In this document: positions 60,934-64,000 of the stretch, piece by piece
How the letters are laid out: each line of letters starts with the position of its first letter
Position numbering within the stretch: the first letter of the stretch is position 1
Assembly: GCA_003209675.1 (NCBI GenBank)
Contig: QCPX01000008.1
Span: 3,429 to 67,428 of the forward strand
DNA length: 64,000 nt
Direction: 5' to 3'
From: Prochlorococcus sp. AG-442-N07
GTDB lineage: Bacteria; Cyanobacteriota; Cyanobacteriia; PCC-6307; Cyanobiaceae
The notes under the pieces: model-generated
Database searches by the model: none
What the model was told of the DNA's origin: nothing
The model's input: only the letters and a program-made list of their open reading frames with translations
Position numbers and translations under genes: made by a program

Positions 60934-61239
60934 ATGTTTGATAATCTTGGAACTGCTCTAGTACAGGCATTAGGCTTCTTTGCTGTTTTTGGTTTTTTTG
61001 TATATCAAACTTTATTCGCAGATAGCAAACCCAAAAATTCAAAATCAAATCCTGAAAAAACAAAGATTTCCAACAAAAAAGAATCAATTAAAAAAGAACC
61101 TAAAAACGGCTTATTTAATAGAAAATCTAAAACTGTTGAAGAGAATTTAACAGTCCAAAAAAAGGGATTATTTAGGAGAAAAAAAGAAGTTATTAAAGAA
61201 GAGATTAAACCAAAGAAAAAAGGTTGGTTTAATAGGTAA
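60934..61239 (+). CDS. Lys-rich protein with N-terminal TM anchor
   Basis: Repeated K.GLF.R / KKGWF motifs. Confidence 0.65.
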   Translation: MFDNLGTALVQALGFFAVFGFFVYQTLFADSKPKNSKSNPEKTKISNKKESIKKEPKNGLFNRKSKTVEENLTVQKKGLFRRKKEVIKEEIKPKKKGWFNR

Positions 61240-61321
61240 AGGTATTTAAACTCTTTTTTGATATCTTTTATACAAAAACTTTTTTTAGGAACTTTATAAT
61301 TCATAGAATATAACACTCAAA

Positions 61322-61456
61322 ATGAACCACAGAGAAATCACAAAAAAATATAGCGAGTTAATTAACAAGGCTGAGTTTGCTACTGGCCGTAAGGAAGTTG
61401 TAGGTCTTTTAAAAAAAGCTGCCAAATTGAAATCTCAGATTGAAATCAATTATTAG
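61322..61456 (+). CDS. 44-aa hypothetical protein
   Basis: Manual translation MNHREITKKYSELINKAEFATGRKEVVGLLKKAAKLKSQIEINY. Confidence 0.6.
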   Translation: MNHREITKKYSELINKAEFATGRKEVVGLLKKAAKLKSQIEINY

Positions 61457-61541
61457 ATCGTAAAATTAGTTTAATTCTAAATGTAAAAAATTTTTTTAAA
61501 TAAGTTTTTACATGAGATAATCTGCATAGATTATTTTTCTT

Positions 61542-61721
61542 ATGAATAAAAAAGGTTATACAACTGAAAGCGGTGGTAGACAAAATGGTTTTGCAATTGA
61601 ACCAGAAATTAACCCGATATCAGAAGGCGAATCAAAAAAATCCATATTTTTATTTATTGGAATATTATTACCTTTTCTAATAGGCGGTTTTTATTATTTA
61701 AGGACTCTGAATATATTCTGA
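61542..61721 (+). CDS. Psb34/Ssl1498-like small single-TM protein
   Basis: Manual translation MNKKGYTTESGGRQNGFAIEPEINP...IFLFIGILLPFLIGGFYYL; TT..GGR.N.FA.EP motif plus a C-terminal TM helix. Confidence 0.65.
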   Translation: MNKKGYTTESGGRQNGFAIEPEINPISEGESKKSIFLFIGILLPFLIGGFYYLRTLNIF

Positions 61722-62041
61722 TATTTTATAATCCATTTTTAGCAATATATTCTTCTGAGCTAACTATATCTTGCATTAAGCTCTCTGATGAAGGATTAAA
61801 TCCATTTTGCTCTAAAAAAGATTTAACCTTTTCAAATTTTTGCTGAATTTTTTTTGTATATGGAGTTGTCATCAAATAATCGTCCTTTTCTGTTGAATAG
61901 TTCATTTGATTAACGGATTACTTTTACAATTAAATTTTGCAAAATATGGTATTGCTAGTGAAGTTATAAATATTACATAAATAATTTAATAGGAATAAAT
62001 ACTTATAAATTGTTTGTGTGAGATCGCTATTGGTTGATTTT

Positions 62042-62329
62042 TTAAAGAGTACTTATAGTAACTAGTTCCATTAAGTCTCTGGACCGCAGATATTTTTGAA
62101 ATACTTCAGAATAAAATGCTTTTTTAGCAGCAAATTTTGATTCGAATTCAATTACTAATCCAAGCTGCCCTCCATCCCATTCATTTGAGGTTGATTCTTG
62201 TATTAAATCTCTTTTTACTATTACTCCTCCCACAGATTTAATCCAAGGCAATACTGTCCTTATATATTCCAGAAATAAATCAGCATTTGGAATTGAAATT
62301 TTCTTTAGCCAATAGCTCTTTGTCATCAA
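62042..62329 (-). CDS. DUF1330 family protein
   Basis: WIKSVGG, LVIEFES...AKKAFYSE.FQ pattern. Confidence 0.75.
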   Translation of the reverse strand: MMTKSYWLKKISIPNADLFLEYIRTVLPWIKSVGGVIVKRDLIQESTSNEWDGGQLGLVIEFESKFAAKKAFYSEVFQKYLRSRDLMELVTISTL

Positions 62330-62405
62330 ATCAACATATTCTGGGTAGAATATAGCATATGGAGGTAAGTATTTATCCTTAGCTATATACTTCAGCGTTT
62401 ATTAA

Positions 62406-62948
62406 ATGGAAACCGAAAATGATTTATTAAATTTACTTCTTAAATCTCCAAATTCAGAGAGTATATGTACTATTGCCGAACAACTTGAAATTGATCATAA
62501 TTTTTCCTTTACCAAAGATAGAAATGATTTGCAGGGTGTTTGGGAGCTTAGGTGGAGTAGTTCTAATAGCCCTTTTTTAAAATATTCTCCTTTTATTGAT
62601 AACCTTCAAATTCTTGATCCCTTAAATTTAAATGGTCTAAATTTACTTAAACCTAGAGGAATAAAATCAATTATTGGTACTGGAATTTTAATAAGACTTA
62701 ATTACATAAATGAAAAAAAAATTGGGGTCAAATTTACACATGCTGGTGTTATTGGTCCTAAATTTGGAAGAAAAAATATAAAGGCTATGAGAGAAATAAA
62801 TAATGAACAATTAGGGTGGTTAGAAATAACTTATTTAAGTAATAAGCTTAGAATCTGTAGAGGTGATAAAGGAACTTTATTTGTTTTAAGAAAAATAAAT
62901 TCACCGACTTTATTCAAGAATTTCAAGGAATTTATTAAAATCTATTAA
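62406..62948 (+). CDS. PAP/fibrillin family protein
   Basis: LQGVWELRWSS and GWLEITYLSNKLRICRGDKGTLFVL motifs. Confidence 0.85.
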   Translation: METENDLLNLLLKSPNSESICTIAEQLEIDHNFSFTKDRNDLQGVWELRWSSSNSPFLKYSPFIDNLQILDPLNLNGLNLLKPRGIKSIIGTGILIRLNYINEKKIGVKFTHAGVIGPKFGRKNIKAMREINNEQLGWLEITYLSNKLRICRGDKGTLFVLRKINSPTLFKNFKEFIKIY

Positions 62949-62957
62949 AAAAATAAA

Positions 62958-63251
62958 TTAATTCTTTATCCAAATAGACTTTAATACGAAATAAATTGGT
63001 AAATATTTAAATGATTCTTTAGGTATTTCATAACTTAAGAATTTTAGTGCTTCTTCTAACCAGTAACCAATATCAAATCCTAAAAGAATTTTTTCGACAA
63101 CAAACCAAAATTCTTTATCAAAAATAATTCTGAAGTTTAAGTAAATATATTCCCAATGAAAAGTATTCCAATATTGGTTTAAAAATGAGGATAAAATAAG
63201 CCAAAATGATATAAATAGAAAACTTTTAAGAAATTTATAAAATTTTTTCAT
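62958..63251 (-). CDS. Hypothetical membrane protein
   Basis: 97-aa aromatic-rich ORF. Confidence 0.55.
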   Translation of the reverse strand: MKKFYKFLKSFLFISFWLILSSFLNQYWNTFHWEYIYLNFRIIFDKEFWFVVEKILLGFDIGYWLEEALKFLSYEIPKESFKYLPIYFVLKSIWIKN

Positions 63252-63382
63252 ATACCAGCAACTGTCTTATTTAATTTCAAATATCCCTCATTATTATTTG
63301 GATCAAACTTTATTTCCATGAAATATATTCAAAAAGATATAAAAATATTGAGAAAATAGAAAATTTTCTTGGCATTAATAAT

Positions 63383-63508
63383 CTATTCTTCTTTTTTTAG
63401 ATTCTGTGCCTTTAGATTTTTATTCTTAAGAAAAAATCCTAAAAACAGAAAAGCAAAATATATTAGTAAACTTATGCCAAAAATTAAAACTATCTTTGAA
63501 ATATCCAT
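63383..63508 (-). CDS. 41-aa single-TM protein
   Basis: Manual translation MDISKIVLIFGISLLIYFAFLFLGFFLKNKNLKAQNLKKEE. Confidence 0.5.
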   Translation of the reverse strand: MDISKIVLIFGISLLIYFAFLFLGFFLKNKNLKAQNLKKEE

Positions 63509-63626
63509 AAATGATTTTTTTTTATAAATTACAACATTTTTTGCAAAGTTTTATCTATGGTAATGATTTTTCATTTATCACGATAACGAGCTTCAATTAT
63601 TAAGCTAATAATATTATTTAAATCAT

Positions 63627-64000
63627 ATGCAAGTAGCTTTTGCCTGGAGCCTTTGTCTATCAGTTGGTGTTGTTTTATTATCAATTATTCCATTAACTAT
63701 AGGGAGAGTTAAAGCGGGATATTCTGTTGAAAATATGTCTGCTCCAAGGGCTTTATTCGATGAATTACCTTCTTTTGGAAAAAGAGCAGTTTGGTGTCAT
63801 CAAAATTGTTGGGAAAGTATTTCCCTACATGCACCCGCATGTCTTCTTTGTTTGATTACTTTAACTGACTCTAATATTGCAATAATTGCAGCATTGATTC
63901 ATCCTATTTTTCGTTTTTTATATATTGGTGCCTATGTATTTAATATCCCTACAGCTAGAGGTTTAATGTGGGCCTCAGGAATTTTTACAACTCTTTTGCT
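63627..64000 (+). CDS. MAPEG family membrane protein (3' truncated by the window end)
   Basis: Manual translation ...MSAPRALFDELPSFGKRAVWCHQNCWES...RFLYIGAYVFNIPTARGLMW; RA..AHQN..E motif variant. Confidence 0.82.
   Translation, partial: MQVAFAWSLCLSVGVVLLSIIPLTIGRVKAGYSVENMSAPRALFDELPSFGKRAVWCHQNCWESISLHAPACLLCLITLTDSNIAIIAALIHPIFRFLYIGAYVFNIPTARGLMWASGIFTTLL

Noticed and set aside
61724-61905. Minus-strand open frame (…NELFNRKGRLFDDNSIYKK…NGL*) and an overlapping 30-aa ATG frame
   Set aside because: The longer frame has no start codon before an in-frame stop, and the ATG frame is short and featureless. A pseudogene cannot be distinguished from a chance frame without homologs.
59209-62948. 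Two PAP/fibrillin genes as a novel duplicated system
   Set aside because: They are very divergent, not adjacent, and multiple fibrillin paralogues are ordinary in cyanobacteria

Overview
AT-rich cyanobacterial chromosome segment. Gene content, gene order and small RNAs point to high-light Prochlorococcus marinus (inference). Bases 1 to ~41,400 are conserved core genes: malQ, prs, sasA, tRNA-Glu, petH, zwf-opcA, cobB, crtE, folD, leuA, a GH57 enzyme, crtL, gyrA, guaB, Yfr1 sRNA, trxA, hisH, rsmD, petG, cytM, chlI, ruvC, sufE, hom and peptide ABC components. From ~41,400 to 64,000 the region is accessory-like. It holds a circularly permuted ATP-grasp/alpha-E/transglutaminase operon with an upstream NtcA-type box, and a Zur-box-controlled metal cluster (WD40, COG0523/CobW GTPase, ZnuA, ZnuC, zur, ZnuB). 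It also holds a Yfr10-like/Yfr2-family sRNA tandem and many microproteins absent from the ORF track. Top finding: the same ~125-aa domain (FEWxG..L..G.Y...DP.M..V.L...FT(E/Q)H...EF) is inserted both in the His-rich loop of the periplasmic ZnuA-like protein and in the linker of the neighbouring cytoplasmic CobW-type GTPase. This suggests an unrecognised metal-handling module used on both sides of the membrane. No CRISPR array, rRNA, integrase or IS element was seen.
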